64,000 nt of DNA. Source: Eledone cirrhosa. Lineage: Eukaryota. Below the pieces are notes generated by a model that saw only the letters and a list, made by a program, of their open reading frames with translations, ran no database searches and was not told the origin of the DNA. The DNA lies in assembly GCA_964016885.1 (NCBI GenBank), contig OZ024740.1, positions 183,520,001 through 183,584,000 of the forward strand, given 5' to 3'. Below are positions 22,090 to 36,116 of the stretch, piece after piece; the first letter of the stretch is position 1, and the number at the start of each line of letters is the position of its first letter. The position numbers were made by a program, and so were the translations under genes.

Positions 22090-22512
22090 TCGTAAGTGTG
22101 CATGCGCAATGGCTGGTCCGTACTGAGCATGTGCGAAGGCTGGTCCGTACTGCGCATGCGTGAGGCCAGGTCCGTAATGCGCATGCGCGATGTCTCGTCC
22201 GTATTGTGCATGCGCGAAGTCTAGGTGGCCTGTTCTGCGCCTGTGCGAAGGGTAGTCCGAAGTGCGCATGAGCGAAGGCTGGTACAAATTGTGCATGCGC
22301 GAAGGCTGTTCCGAAGTGTGGATGCGCGAAGGCTGGTCAGTACTGCACATGCGTGAAGTCTGTTCCGTACTGCGCATGCGTGAAGGCTGGTCCATAGTGC
22401 GCATGCGCAAAGGCTAGTCCGTACTGCGTATGCGCGAATGGTGGTCCGTACTGCGCATGTGCGAAGGGTGGTCCGTACCGTGCAGCGTGAAAGGTGGTCC
22501 GAGGTGTGCATG
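22090..22512. repeat. 27-bp minisatellite, second array
   Basis: Same consensus as 20562-20980, more diverged. Confidence 0.9.
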
Positions 22513-22762
22513 TGAGAGAGAGAGAGAGGTAGATAGATGGTGGGTTGGCAAGTAGATAGATAGGTCGATAGATCGATACATAGATATATAGGTAGGTAGA
22601 TAGGAAGATAGACGATAGTGTGGTTATCTGTATATGTGGCTGTGTTTATGTATGTGAAGATGTTGAAATAAGGAAAGGATAATTTACTACAGTACCAATG
22701 ATTCAATCCACAGGTGTACATTCTTTTTACCATTGCAAAAGTACATAGACTCACTCACACAC

Positions 22763-22825
<63 letters not shown>

Positions 22826-23002
22826 GTGTGTTTATGTGTGTGTATATGTGTGTATCTGTGTGTGTGCATAAGTGTTTATGTGTATATATATTTATATGTG
22901 TGTGTGTATCTGTTTGCTTATGTGTGTGTGTGCATATGTGTGTTACTGTATCTGTGTATGTGTGTTTATGTCCATGTGTGTGTCTTGTGATTGTAATGTT
23001 GA

Positions 23003-23250
23003 CAGTTTGAATCCCATCAGTGCGTTGTGTTCTTGAGCAAGACACTTTATTTCACCTTTCTTCTCTCCACTGAAGTAAAAAAAAGTGTACTCTGCCAGTG
23101 AGTCGAAGAAGCAATGTTGTCCCACCCTGAAACCCTCTGTTATACGTGTCTATGGAATGCTCAGCCACTCTCACCTTAATTTCAGGCAGTTCCATTTGAG
23201 AAACTTAGCTGGCTGAATCCTCGTCGCAAGCGATAGGGTACCATCATACA
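23003..23250 (+). mobile_element. SINE family B fragment
   Basis: B-box-like gtttgaatccc followed by gtgttcttgagcaagacactttatttcac; the same core occurs inverted near 50000-50040. Confidence 0.6.
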
Positions 23251-23339
23251 TATGAACACATAGACACACACACACGTTTCAAAGAGAATAGAAGAGATCA
23301 ATAAAATAAGATCTAGATTTTAAAATATATGTACTGGAA

Positions 23340-26300
23340 TTGAGGTCAAGAAAATCGTTTAATCGTGGTACCACAGCATGGGAACAGTCTAATTGTTCTT
23401 CCTCCTTCAATCTATGGTTCACCTCGCTTCTACAGTGATTGCTTTCAGAATTCGATGACTGAGGTTCAACACATGGGAAAGCCATCTTATTTCATCACGG
23501 TAACAACTAACCCTAACTGGCATGAAATAAAAAATAGTTCGCACCCGGGTGTAGAACCTAGAGACCGTCCTGATATTTGTGCAAGAGTCTTCAAGATCAA
23601 GTATGACAGCCTCATGGATGACATACTGAAAAGAATTGTCCTATGAAAAGTTGTGGCTCAATCTGCTACAATTGAGTGGCAGAAAACGAGGCCTTACTCA
23701 TGCTCATATTCTGCTAATAATGGCTGAAGATAGCAAGCCCCAAACTGCTGATGCCATTGATCAGGTAGTGTACTGTGAGATTCCTGATAAAGAGACCAAT
23801 GCAATTCTGCATAATATCATCACATCCTGCAACATTCATGGCCCATGTGGACAAGCTAATATGAAGTGCTCATGTATGGAAGGGCTAGGACAACAATGCC
23901 ATTGCTCTAAAAGTTATCCCAAGGCATTCAGACAAACCATAATTTGTTGCCGAAAATTCCTTTCCGGAGTATAGAATAAGAGATAGACAGCATGGTGGTC
24001 ATACCCATACAATCCAACTTAAATGTCAAGAATTTACTATTGATAATCGTTGGATTGTTCCATACAACCCTTTCCTCACATTGAGATATCAGTGCCACAT
24101 CAATTGTGAGGTTGTCCACAGTGCCAAGGCTGTTAAGTACTTATATAAGTACATCACAAAAGGATCACTTTCACTGTTAAGGATGATCAAAGAAATTGTG
24201 TCCATGCTGAAAATGAGATTGAGATCTATATCAATGCATGGTACATCTCAGCCAGTGAAGCATTCTGGAGAATCTATAAATTTCCATTACATTATCGAAA
24301 ACCACCAGTTGAAAAGTTGCCATGCCATTTACCCGGGGAACAAATGGTCTTGTATGAGTGAGGGAAGAAGAAAGTATTGTTTCTAGGGGACACCTAATGA
24401 CTAAGTTAATGGAATATTTTCAACTGAATATTAGAGACCCACTGGCACAAAACATATTGTATATTGATATTACTAAATATTTCACTTAGACAAACAAAAA
24501 CTGGCAAAGAAGAAAAAAGGGACATCTGGATGGTGATCAACAATTTATGAGTGAATCTCTTGGACGCATTTCAACATTATGTGTCAATAGTCATCAATCT
24601 GATTTATATTACCTCAGGATGATCCTAGATCACAAGACTAGGTCAACTCCATACAAAGATTTGAGGACAATTGAAGTAGTTGAATTTCCAACATTCCAAG
24701 AAGCATGCAGGAAACTTGGTCTGTTAGATGAAGATAGAGAAAAGGACAAAGCTATGGAAGAGGCCTCATCCATTACGCTTGGTCCTCAGCTGCGAGAGAT
24801 CTTCTGAACCATTTTATTGTACAGCATGCCAAATGATCCTCTGCAGTTCTGGGAGAAATGGAAGAATTGTTTTGCAGAGGATATCATGCAATCATGCATG
24901 AACGTCATAACCAAGTTATGTCCATGCAAACCATGTAGATTGTTTTACAGAAGATCCAACAAAGACTTCAGCATGATGGCTTGGACATTCATGACAACTG
25001 TAGACTTCCTCGGCCAGACCCAACTATTGTTGCCAGACCAGAAATCAACAGGGTTCTTATGACAGAAACAGATTTCAATACACACCAACTGTAAGCAAAC
25101 ATAAATGAACTTCTGCCAACATTGAATCCTGAGCAACTGGTTATTTTTCACAAAGTAATCACCTGTAAATGAAAATGAAGGCAGAATTTTCTGCTTGAAT
25201 GCAAGTGCAGGACCTATGTCATAAACATCCTACTGAATTACCTCCAATCTAAAAAAAAAAATTATGCTTGCCACTGCCATATCTGGAATAGTAACCACTT
25301 TGTTTCACAAACGTAGAACTCTTCATTCCAAGCGCACGATTCCTCTCAATGTGACTGCTGAATCAACTTGCTTCTTCACAAAGATGGATGACACAGGTAA
25401 GCTTATGCAGCAAGGTGACCTGGTAATCATTGATGAGATAGGTATGGGTAGGTATGGGGCATAAACATATCTTTGAATGCCTTGACAGGATCTTCAAAGA
25501 TGTTCGAGAATGCAAAAAGCCATTTGGTGGTCTAACAGTATTACTATCTGGTGACTGGAAGCAAATTCTTCCAGTTGTACGTCATGGTGTTAGACCACAA
25601 ATAGTTGAGGCAACCATCAAGAGATCCTATCTCTGGGACTATGGGGAAATCATGGAGATGACAACCAATCAACGGTTAATTAATGCAGAGGATTCCGATA
25701 AAAGACAGTTTGCAAACTACCTTCTTGATGTGGGAAATGGTAACATTCCAACTGTTCCAACTATAGGTGCATTCACAATTCTTCTGCCAAATGATCTTTG
25801 TCTGGAATATGATAATGTCTCTGGACTGTGTGATTTTGTGTATACATATCTTCCAGGAAACTACACAAAACCACTATGGCTTGCAAATAGAGCCATTATC
25901 ACTCCAACAAATGATGCAGAAAGTTCATGGTCAACAAGTTCCCTGGTCATGAAATAATCTACAGAAGTTCTGATACAGTAGATAATTGTTTCTACGTTAG
26001 GCACAAGGACAGCAAATAACCAGTGTATTACTGGTACTTTATTTTATCAACCACGTAAGGATGAAAGGCAAAGTTTAGATAATGAACTGCAATATCCAAT
26101 TGAGTTCATCAACAAACTTATCCCATCAGGCTTCCCAACACACATACTTAAACTGAAGAGAGGCAGTTGCATCATGCTTCTGAGAATCTGGATGATCTAA
26201 ATGGGCATTGCAATGGTACATGCCACATCATCATCAGTTTACACAATCATGTAATTGAAGCTGATGTGGCATTGGGTCCCAATGCTGGAACAAGTTTGCT

Positions 26301-26580
26301 AATCCCAAGGATACCACATGTATCTCAAGAGCTTGAGTTGCCTTTCACCTTTACTCGCAAGCAATTTCCTGTCAAATCAGCCTTTGCCCTTATATGCAAC
26401 AAGGCACAAGGGCAGACATTTGAAAAGATAGGTGTATATCTACCAAGACAATTCTTCCCACATGGTCAGATGTATGTTGCATTATCACAAGTTACAAAAA
26501 AAGAAAATATAAAAATATGAAATGAAAAGGGTCTGTTTGCTGACAACTGTGTCTACAAAGAAATTCTACAGGGATGTGAA
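23340..26580 (+). pseudogene. Helitron RepHel (HUH endonuclease + Pif1-like helicase), fragmented
   Basis: FITVTTNPNW, DRPDICARVF, KRGLTHAHIL, KYLYKYITKG, IIDE, PFGG..GDWKQILPV, QFPV..NKAQGQT..HGQMYVALS. Confidence 0.93.
25983..26075 (-). mobile_element. SINE A 3' half inserted in the Helitron helicase
   Basis: taattgtttctacg...ggatgaaaggcaaagtt. Confidence 0.8.
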
Positions 26581-27685
26581 ACAGCTATCACTCTCTTTTA
26601 GTTGAAATGCATTTCAGTTTTTTTTAACTGCTAGAAAAGGGACACTACAAAACTTAAGTCTATATGTGAATACAGTGAAACAACAACATAACGTAGGTCA
26701 ACTGTTCATATTGGTAAATGTAATTCATTCAAATCAGCAGCATTTATTTTTAAATTCACTGCTTGAAGCTTCCCATCGACATTCTCGAGTGAAGATTCAT
26801 GAACATTTTCCATCAACAGTTTCATCGCCTTTCCATCTCCATTATCACCTTTTTTTAATTTGTATCATGGATTACTTTACTGATTACATAAGTAAGTGTA
26901 ACGCAGTCTTAGTTCAGTTTATGTGCATATTGTCAATTTACGTATTATATCTATGTGCATATATATTTGCGTATACCAATATACTCACTATACATGCTAG
27001 CAAAAAACCACCCGTGGGGCGGTTCTTCTGCTAGTATATATAAAGGATTATCTACTCTAATCCTATTGTAGATGAACTGTCATGGTTGATCCTACCAAAA
27101 GGGCACTTGGTTGTGTTAAATTTGGCAAGGAATTAAGTTTACCACTAACATCTTAATTAGACTAAGTGACATGTCCATGTGCCTATCACAATGTCAATAT
27201 AATACATATGGCCAAACTCTCAATAGGATGTGAATTCACTCCTATTTCTAGTAGGTCACTTAAATTACAATTGCTTATAAGCTTGCACATGTCTTTGTTG
27301 CAATTATTGAAACAAATTATGAGGAATATTTATGGCATCAATCATATTAATTTCAGAGGGTCTTTGAAAGACATGGGCACAGCCCCTTCCTCGGGAGTAA
27401 ATATAAATACAAAAGAAGAAAGAAAGAAACCCTAAAAAACACCTCAAGTCATTCTAAAAAGTCCCAGGTGCTATTTGAACACATACTATATTATATATGA
27501 GGATTAAATTCTGTAAGGTTTATATATAGATGCAATGTGAACATTTATTTAATATTTATGATGAGTTTACATTTGAAAAGAACTGAAAAAGTTGGTGTTT
27601 TACTTTGAAACTGCAAATACTTTATCCACCTTGTCAGACATGTCTTTATTTAACAAAATAATCCCAACTGAATTAATAATGTCTC

Positions 27686-27739
<54 letters not shown>

Positions 27740-27811
27740 GTGTGTGTATGTGTATGTGTGTGTGTCTAACCATGCAAGCATGGAAAAATGGATGCTAAAT
27801 GATGATGATGA

Positions 27812-27846
<35 letters not shown>

Positions 27847-27991
27847 ACTATAAGACTGGCTTCTTTAAAAGGTTTTTCATGTTACAGCAAATGGAAGAGT
27901 ATTGTTTTGTTTAATCAACTTCCTTTATACTTATTTATATATTCAGAAATAAATATAACAAACTATATAAGCTGAATCTATGAATATGTTA

Positions 27992-28031
<40 letters not shown>

Positions 28032-28539
28032 TAATGTTTAGTTACTATCGGTTCACCCAATTGAGATCTCAATGCTAATATGGGTCCAGTTGCTGATGCA
28101 GTATTCCATGTTTTGGTATTACACCATAGTCAGTATTCTTAAGAGAGATAGTGTTGATAATAATAAGGGGCTGGAACAAAGTATGAATATATCATCACAA
28201 TGATAATCTACAAGTCTCCTGAGCTATTGATTCCAGAGTTGGGCATGTTAAATATAGATTGCACCTTGAGCTGTTCGATTGCGAAACACACGAATCAACA
28301 TAATGATATATTTGATACTTTGTTCCTGCTTATTACTATCATTAGCAATATCATTATATACACACACATATATATATATATATATACATATATATAAACC
28401 CATGCAAGCGTGGAAGATGGATGTTAAACGAAGATGATGATGATGATGATATATATATATACATATATATATACATCATCATCATCATCATCATCATTTT
28501 ACGTCCACTTTTCCCTGCTTGCAAGGGTGGGACATATAT

Positions 28540-28674
<135 letters not shown>

Positions 28675-28784
28675 TATATATATATATATACATGTACATA
28701 TACATACATATATATATGCATATATATATACATATATATATATACATACATATATACATACATATATACATACATATATACATA

Positions 28785-31700
28785 TATGATGGCTGCAAAC
28801 TCTGCCAATAATATTGTAATCGCTTGTCAGATTCAGATGTGGGACGCTCGGATATGGCTTTTCAAGCCTGCTAGAGACTTGTACTCCTTCACACACTGAC
28901 GACAACTATGGATCTCCCTGGCTTGAGGTCCTGCATCAGGTTGCTCGTGAACCCTCACAACACCACGGAGATCATAGGTCACTGGTTATCTTTGGACATG
29001 GCTGCAACTGTGGCTCCTGAGACCAGATTTGCTCAAGCAAATTTTTACACACTCACGGCACTTCAATTCAATGGAGACACAAATTGTTTCGAGAGATATA
29101 CCAGGGCATTGCTTACGCACATCCCGTTTGATCTTCTCATGCTCTATGCATCTGTCCTCAAAATTATGGACCCCATCATTCACCATTCCATGCCATGCCT
29201 CTCTTTCAAGAGCTTCTATCTCCCAGTCAGTCATCATTAAACCAGTTTTTTTCAATGAGTCCTTTACACCATCCTTGAATCGGAGCTTTGGTTTGTGAGG
29301 TTGTCTGTTACCATCACAAAGCTTGCCATACAAGAGTTGTTTTGGGATTCAATCAACCTCCATTCTGCAAGGGTGTCCGGTCCATCGCAAACGCTGTTGG
29401 TGGATGATACTCTCAATGCTCCAACACTCACTTCTCTCAAGGACCTCAACATCACTCACATGCATCTGCCACTTCATACCCAGGATCTTTCTGAGACACT
29501 GCTAGTGAAACCATTCCAGTCTGTGGAAATGCCACTTTTAGGCACCCCATGTCTCACATGCATACAGCAAAGCTGACAGTACACATGCAGCATACACTCT
29601 AACCTTGGTCCTCATTGTGATTCCTCGCCTGCACCAAAGATGGTCATTGAGCCTTCCAAATGACTCACTTGCCTTACTAACACATAGACCAATTTCAGTA
29701 TCCAGAGAGCAGGTAACACTCAGAGTACTCCCCAAATACACAAATGTGTCAGCAGCCTTCAGCTTTTGACAGTATACGTGTTAATTGAAAACTTTATCTG
29801 GAGCAGGTTGGTACATGGCGACAGTCTTCTTAAGACTGATTGTCAGTTCCAAAGTGCTGCATGCATTGGAAAAAGAATCCATAAGGTGTTGCATGTCACT
29901 CTGGAAGTGTGCAAAGAGATCACAATCATCTGCATATAAAAATTCTCTGATCAAGGTACTCAGTGCCTTAGTGTTGGCGGTGAGACGCTTAAGGTTAAAC
30001 AGCCTGCCGGAAGTGCGATATCTCAGATATATACTGTGTTGACAATCCTTGAAGGCCATGAAGAACACAATCATGAAATACAAGGCAAACAAAGTCGGTG
30101 CAAGTATATCACCCTGCTTGACACCATTTTCAACCGAGATTGGCTCAGACAGTTTACCTCCAACATTCACCCATCCCTGCATGTCATCGTGGAAGAATTT
30201 CAGAATGTTCATTAACTTTTCAGGACAGCCCAATCTCTACAAAATAACCCACAAAGTCTTCCAATTAACGGCATCAAATGCCTTAGTCAGATCGACAAAA
30301 ACTTGGTATAAGTCCTTGCGCTGCTCAATGCATTTCTCCTGAAGTTGTTTAGCTGAGAAGATCATGTCAACAGTGCCTCTGCCATTCCTAAAGCCGCATT
30401 GGGACTCAGGAAGTACCTCAACAGCAATGTGCTGTATCAATCTCTCCAACAATATCCTGCACAAGATCTTCCCATCCCCAGATAGTAGTGAGATACCAGT
30501 GTAGTTGCCACAGTCATCTTTGGCTCCCTTTCCTTTGTAAAGTACGACCATCAATGCATCTTTCCAATCCTGTGACACATCTTCTTCATTCTAAACATTC
30601 ACAAAGAGATCAGTGAGGCAGTTTAAGAAGTTATCACCAGCCTACTTGAAAATCTCGGCACTCAGGCCATCCATTCCAGGTGAGTTGCCGTTGTTTAATT
30701 TGTCAATGACTTTCGCCACCTCATCAAATGAAGGAGGATTAGCCATTGCCAGCTTTGTAGGTCTGGACGGTATCGACAGGATGAACTCATCAATTTCTGA
30801 TGGTCTGTTGAAAAGCTCATCAAAGTGGTCATGCCACCTGATCAGGATTTCCTTTGGATCTCTGAGCAATTTCTTGCCGGAGCGAAGTGTTGATATTTGT
30901 GAACTGGTCAGACTGTATAGGAGCTTTGTATCATGTCTATCTGATGCCTTCTGGATTTCGTCAGCCTTTTGGCTCAACCAGGTATCCTGCATGGCTCTCA
31001 ATCGATGTTGCACACATGCCTTGATCTGCCTGAAGGTCCGGTCACTCCTCTCAGAACGTGTCTCACACAACAATGACGTCAGCACTTTTTGTTTCTCCTC
31101 AAACAAGGTCTGGATCACTGGATCAGTTTCATCGAACCAGTCATTATGCTTTCTATTGGTATGACACAAAACTCCAGCACTAACATCATAGACAGTTTTC
31201 TTCAATGATTCCCAATTGTTTTCACATTTCATTGACTCAAGGGACCTCGACAGCTCAGCTCTGACTTCCTCTGTTTTCAGACGAGCCACGATTAGTTGTC
31301 TTGGAAGTGCAACCTTTTTCCCCCATACTTTGGGCTTCACAACAAATTTAAACTTGGCGCGCACCAGACGATGATCAGTCCAACATTCCGCGCCTCACAT
31401 TACACGAACCAACGTGATATCCCTGATATCACGTTTTCTTATTAAAACAAAGTCAATAAGGTGCCACTTCTTGGAACCTGGATGCATCCAAGTTGTCTTA
31501 TATTTGTCTTTCTGCTGAAAGAGCGTGTTCCCAACAACAAGATCCATATCAGTGCACATCTGCAACAGAAGTAGGCCATTGTTATTGCACTTACCTACTC
31601 CATGCCTGCCCATCACATCCCAAGCTTCCCAGTCATTACCAACACGTGCATTAAAATCACCAATGACGACAATCTTGTCTGCATAAGGTATACCATGGAT

Positions 31701-32455
31701 GACCTCTCCCAAAGACATGTAGAAACTTAGTTTTTCATCATCACTAGCACACATAGTAGGAGCGTACACACTGACCAGAGTCGCAAAGAGGTTTTGAATG
31801 AGAGAGACTCTCATGGACATTATACGATCATTGAAGCCACAAGAAATATTTTCCAGCTTTGAGACAATTCCATTCCTGACTGCAAATGCGACCCCTGCCT
31901 CTCTCCTACAACCCTCTGCTCCACCACACAATAGAAGGTATATCCTCCCTTCTGTTCTGTGAATTGACCCTCACCTGCCAATCTCGTTTCTGAAAGAGCA
32001 ACGATGTCCATGCTATAGCGATCGAGTTCCCTCGACATACAATATTCAGAGGTTTGAACCTCCTTGCAGTTGTAGGATGACGACCGGGCCCATGCTGCGG
32101 TTCCATGGGACACCTGCGATGCCAGACCCCTTCACAATAAGTTCCAGAGCCCCTACTGCCATTGACTTCAAGGTTAACATCTGTCATCATAGAGTTTGGT
32201 GCACTTTTAGGCTACGGCCAGCCACATGAACCTGTAACAGATCCTGAACAAGCGATGCCTGTACTTTGAAGGTTTTTTAAGTGGGGAAAGGCCTTGCACG
32301 TGACCAATCCCATGCTCTGAGCATCGAAAACACTACCCAAAATGGAGAACTGGTCAACATTATCAGATGCTTACAAAGCCGCAGGTTTTTTTCAGAGTTT
32401 CCCTCTCCTAGAAAGGTATTGTGACAACAACAGAGGGGCCCTTCATTCCCAGCTA
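28785..32455 (-). mobile_element. RTE-clade LINE (BovB-like), near full length and decayed
   Basis: APE motifs (DIVALSETR, SVYAPT, GDFNARVG, WHLIDFV), RT motifs (ESQCGFR, FVDLTKAFD, GVKQG, LYADD, YLGS) and a C-terminal CRECVKICLSKSGLRSH. Confidence 0.93.
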
Positions 32456-32702
32456 AAAAAAAAAATGTATATATATATAAATATATATATATATAAATAC
32501 CTTTAAGTCGTTTGGAAGCCTCGACAATGCAGAGGGGTAAATCTCCGGGTAACAAGATCCGGTGGTGGAGAGAGAGATGTAAGTGGGTGTACGTTGAGAT
32601 GCGTGGTGTGTATAAGACGTGTAGAGGAATGAAGGAAAGAGTATAAAGGATAAAATAAAAATAACAACACGAGAGAGAGTTACCTTGGGAGAGATTTAAT
32701 TG

Positions 32703-32739
32703 TCCCTATATATTTCGGATTCACATCCATCAACTGGGG
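32703..32739 (-). ncRNA. Hammerhead-like motif with variant core (CAGUUGA)
   Basis: CCC-CAGTTGA-t-GGAT-gtga-ATCC-GAAA-tata-TA-GGG. Confidence 0.55.
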
Positions 32740-33132
32740 TTTTTTTCCGGGGTGGGGGAAAGGTTGTCTGTCGGAAAGGTCCGAAACGCGTCCTCCGCTG
32801 TTTGTTGTTTTGAATATCTGAGGTATTCAGCAGAGCGCGCGTGCGCGTGAAATGGGGTCGGTCGGGCAGAGGTCAGCGGCCGAATGAGGGAGTGGGGTGG
32901 CGCTAGCTGTCAGTCCATTCTCTGCCTGTTTGTTAAATGTTACTGTGTGTGTGTGTGCATGTGTTGTTGTCTCGCTTGAGTGTGTGTGTGTGTGCGTGTG
33001 TTGTTGCCTTGTTCCTCTGTATAGGTAGTGTAGTATGTTCGTATGGTGGAATGCTACTGTGTGTGTGCGTGTGCGTGTGTAGTTGTCTCGTTTGTGTGTG
33101 TGTGTGCGTGTGTTGCTGCATCGTTTGTTAAC

Positions 33133-35753
33133 TTAAATCAGCCATCTCATTTCGCTTCTCTCGGATCGATTGTTTATTTGCGGTTGCAGGCGTTTGATAA
33201 AAAGCGCTTCCTTGATACCTAACGTGCCGACGTTTCTTTCAGTCGCTAGAATTGTGACAATGGATCTTCCGTCTTTGTTTCCGCATTTGTCTATGTGTTT
33301 CCGGAAATACGAGGCCCCGGTTTTAGTGTGTTCCTTGATCCGGATGTGCAAAGGTCGGATTGTGCTACCTATGTAGTATTGGTTGCACCTGTCACATTCT
33401 ATCTCATACACGACGTATGTGTGTAGGCAACAGTTCGCATGGCGTATCGGGCAGTCTCTGAGGGAGCATGCGTCAGTAGATGTTGCGGGTTTCCTGGAGA
33501 GGCATCTTCGCAGGGAGGGGCCCGAGTGGGTCAGGTGGATGTCGAGGCCCTTCCTCCGTATAGCCTTGCGGATAGCGTTGGTGGTATTCTCGCCCAGGTG
33601 TGGCATTTTAAGGAAGCACTTGCCTTGGGTGCCTCTCTGTCTCTTGTGTCTGGTGTCTCCTATTCTGTCTGTAAGCGAGGTAGTGTACCCGTTCGTCTCC
33701 AGCACCTCGAAGAATCGCTTGGTGTGAGTGACACCACTCGCGGGATCGCTGCATCTGTTTTTGATTCGCGCGATCTCGTTCGTGATATATCCGCTTTTGG
33801 CACTGTTAGGGAGGGCGGACTTGTAGTGAACGAACAGGTCCCTGCAGGCTGCCTTTCGGTAGAAGTTGCAGTAGATCTTTCCCTGTTCCGTGATGTTAAT
33901 TCGGAAGTCGAGGAGGGCAAGTGACTCCTCTTCGTTGGGGTGTTCAACATTGAAGTCAATGTTCTCGTCCGTGTTGTTGAACGTCTCATAGATTCTGTTT
34001 GCCGTGTCTTGGGAAGATGTGAGGATGAGGATATCGTCCACGTACCTTGAGAAAAAGGCTACGGCGTTGGGGTGGCAGGCGTTGAGTGCCTTGCGCTCGA
34101 GGTTGTCCATGTAAGAGATCGCTAGAACACCTGACAGGCTTGATCCCATGGGCAATCCCGGGGTTTGTTGGTATTTTTGGTCAAGGAATCCGAAGTAGGT
34201 GTTGCGACGACGATGGATAGGAGTTGGTGGATGTCAGTGGTGGTGAGCCCGAAGCAGTGTAGGTCGGTGGATTGGACGCGTTCCATCAGTATATTGACGG
34301 CCGGGAGTGCCGGGACCGAGGTGTAGAGAGCGACTACATCAAGGCTGAAGGCATATCTGTTATTCCTTCTGGTGTCGGGATCCATTTGCTGCAGGCGCTT
34401 CAACACCTCCTCGGAGCTGTTAACGTGTCCCGGCAAGGTGTCTAAGAGGCGTTTGAGTATTCTGGCTAGGAGCCATGAAATTTTGTAGAGTGGTCCCTCC
34501 ACGCTCGATACGATGGGCCTGATTTTCAGGTCGGTTCCCCGTTTGTGTGTTTTCACGAGGTGGTAGAAGTCGGGTAGTCTGCTGTTCCTCGTGAGGAGGT
34601 TGTATCTCAGCTTCTTCGGGAGCTTCCGCCGGTCGCAGATATTGGTCCAGGCGGCGTTGATGTGCTCTTCTATCTGCGCGGGAGTGATTCCCCTGACCTT
34701 GGAGTAGAGGTTTTCATCGTCAAGGTGTTGGAGGGCCAGGGTGTTGTAGGCCTCTCTGCTGATGACGCAGAATTCTTTTCCCTTGTCGGAGGGTAGATAG
34801 AGGAGGTTCTTCGATTTTAGTTTGGAGAGAGTGGTGAGTTGAGATTGGGTGAGGTTTTGTGTTGTGCGTGTGTGTGTGTTTGTGAAGTATATCCGAGATG
34901 GAGTGTTTTAGCCTGATGAGTTTAGTGTCGAGTTCGTGGTTGGTGGGTGGGGGGTGGAGTGGATTGTCGGAGTGGTAAGTGGGGAACTTGCGGTGGGTTG
35001 CGTGGGCGCTGTTATTTTCTGTGGCGCTGTTGATGGCGGTCACCCATTTAAGTTGGTAAACAGCTCGACAAAAGTTGGCCTCAATGTTGAGTTTGAGTCT
35101 GTCGTCGAGACGTTGTGAGACGATGAACTTGTGTCCGAGGAGTAGGAGTTTCAGCTCGTCGCTCGTGAGAGTGCCGGTTAGGTCGGTGACCAGGTGCGTC
35201 GCATCTTTGAGGTATGGCTCGGTGTTGGTGGATGCGGCGGTGGCGGTTGTTAATTTGTTGTTTTCCACGTGGTTCTGGTCCGTCTGTTCGTTAGTGTCGA
35301 TGTTCTCGTTGTGGCGTTTCGACAAGACCCACTCATATTTTCGCTTGAGCAGTTTTTTCTCGTGTTGGACTCTGGAGTGGTAGCACTGGTCGATTGCTTT
35401 AGTGATTTTCAGGAGCAAGTCCCCGGGTGCTATTGGCAGTCGATGTGTCCGCTCTAAGAGTGTCCGTTTATGGATGTGTAATTGGCGGTTGAGATGTCTC
35501 AGGATCTGTTTAATACACAAGCGATGTATGCGGTTAGTGGTGTTTTGGAAAGCTGGTGTACATAGGCTTACTGGTAAGTGGATGTTCCTGATGGTGTTGG
35601 GGATGACATCGTTTTTTAGGCAGCGTTTTAGGAAAATAATTTAACAGCCAGCATTGGCCCATTTCTCCGACAGTCTAAACAGTTCCCTTATGGATGCAAA
35701 CAATTCCTGGCTCAAGTGTAAGGATAAGAGAGTATTGAAGTTTGCTTGAAGCA
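33133..35753 (-). pseudogene. PLE RT + GIY-YIG ORF, frameshifted
   Basis: ORFs 34720-35520, 34122-34556 and 33133-34155; probable start MLQANFNTL near 35753. Confidence 0.88.
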
Positions 35754-36081
35754 TTGTGGAATAATAAGTAAATAAGTCGTTTGGAAGCCTCGACAATGCA
35801 AATGGGTAAATCTCCGGGTAACAAGATCCGGTGGTGGAGAGAGAACTGTAAGTGGGTGTACGTTGAGATGCGTGGTGTGTATAAGACGTGTAGAAGAATG
35901 AAGGAAAGAGTATAAAGGATAAAATAAAAATAACAACACGAGAGAGAGTTACCTTGGGAGAGATTTAATTGTCCCTATATAAATATATATGTGTGTGTGT
36001 GTATATATACATATATTTTTATGTGTATATTTATATATATGTATATGTGTATATATATACGTATATGTGTATATGTGTTTG

Positions 36082-36116
<35 letters not shown>

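Larger units (their letters stand above)
23330..27034 (+). mobile_element. Autonomous-type Helitron, 5'-truncated and decayed
   Basis: Rep and Pif1 motifs; 3' hairpin aaccaccc-gtg-gggcggtt followed by CTAG|T at 27031-27035. Confidence 0.92.
32504..35980 (-). mobile_element. Full-length Penelope-like element (PMGS-type, Penelope/Poseidon-like) with ~208-bp terminal direct pLTR repeats
   Basis: 32504-32711 matches 35773-35980; KTHK..RPIVS, SLDVVALYTS, PMGSSLS, RYVDD, VVYEIEC..C..YIGST. Confidence 0.92.
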
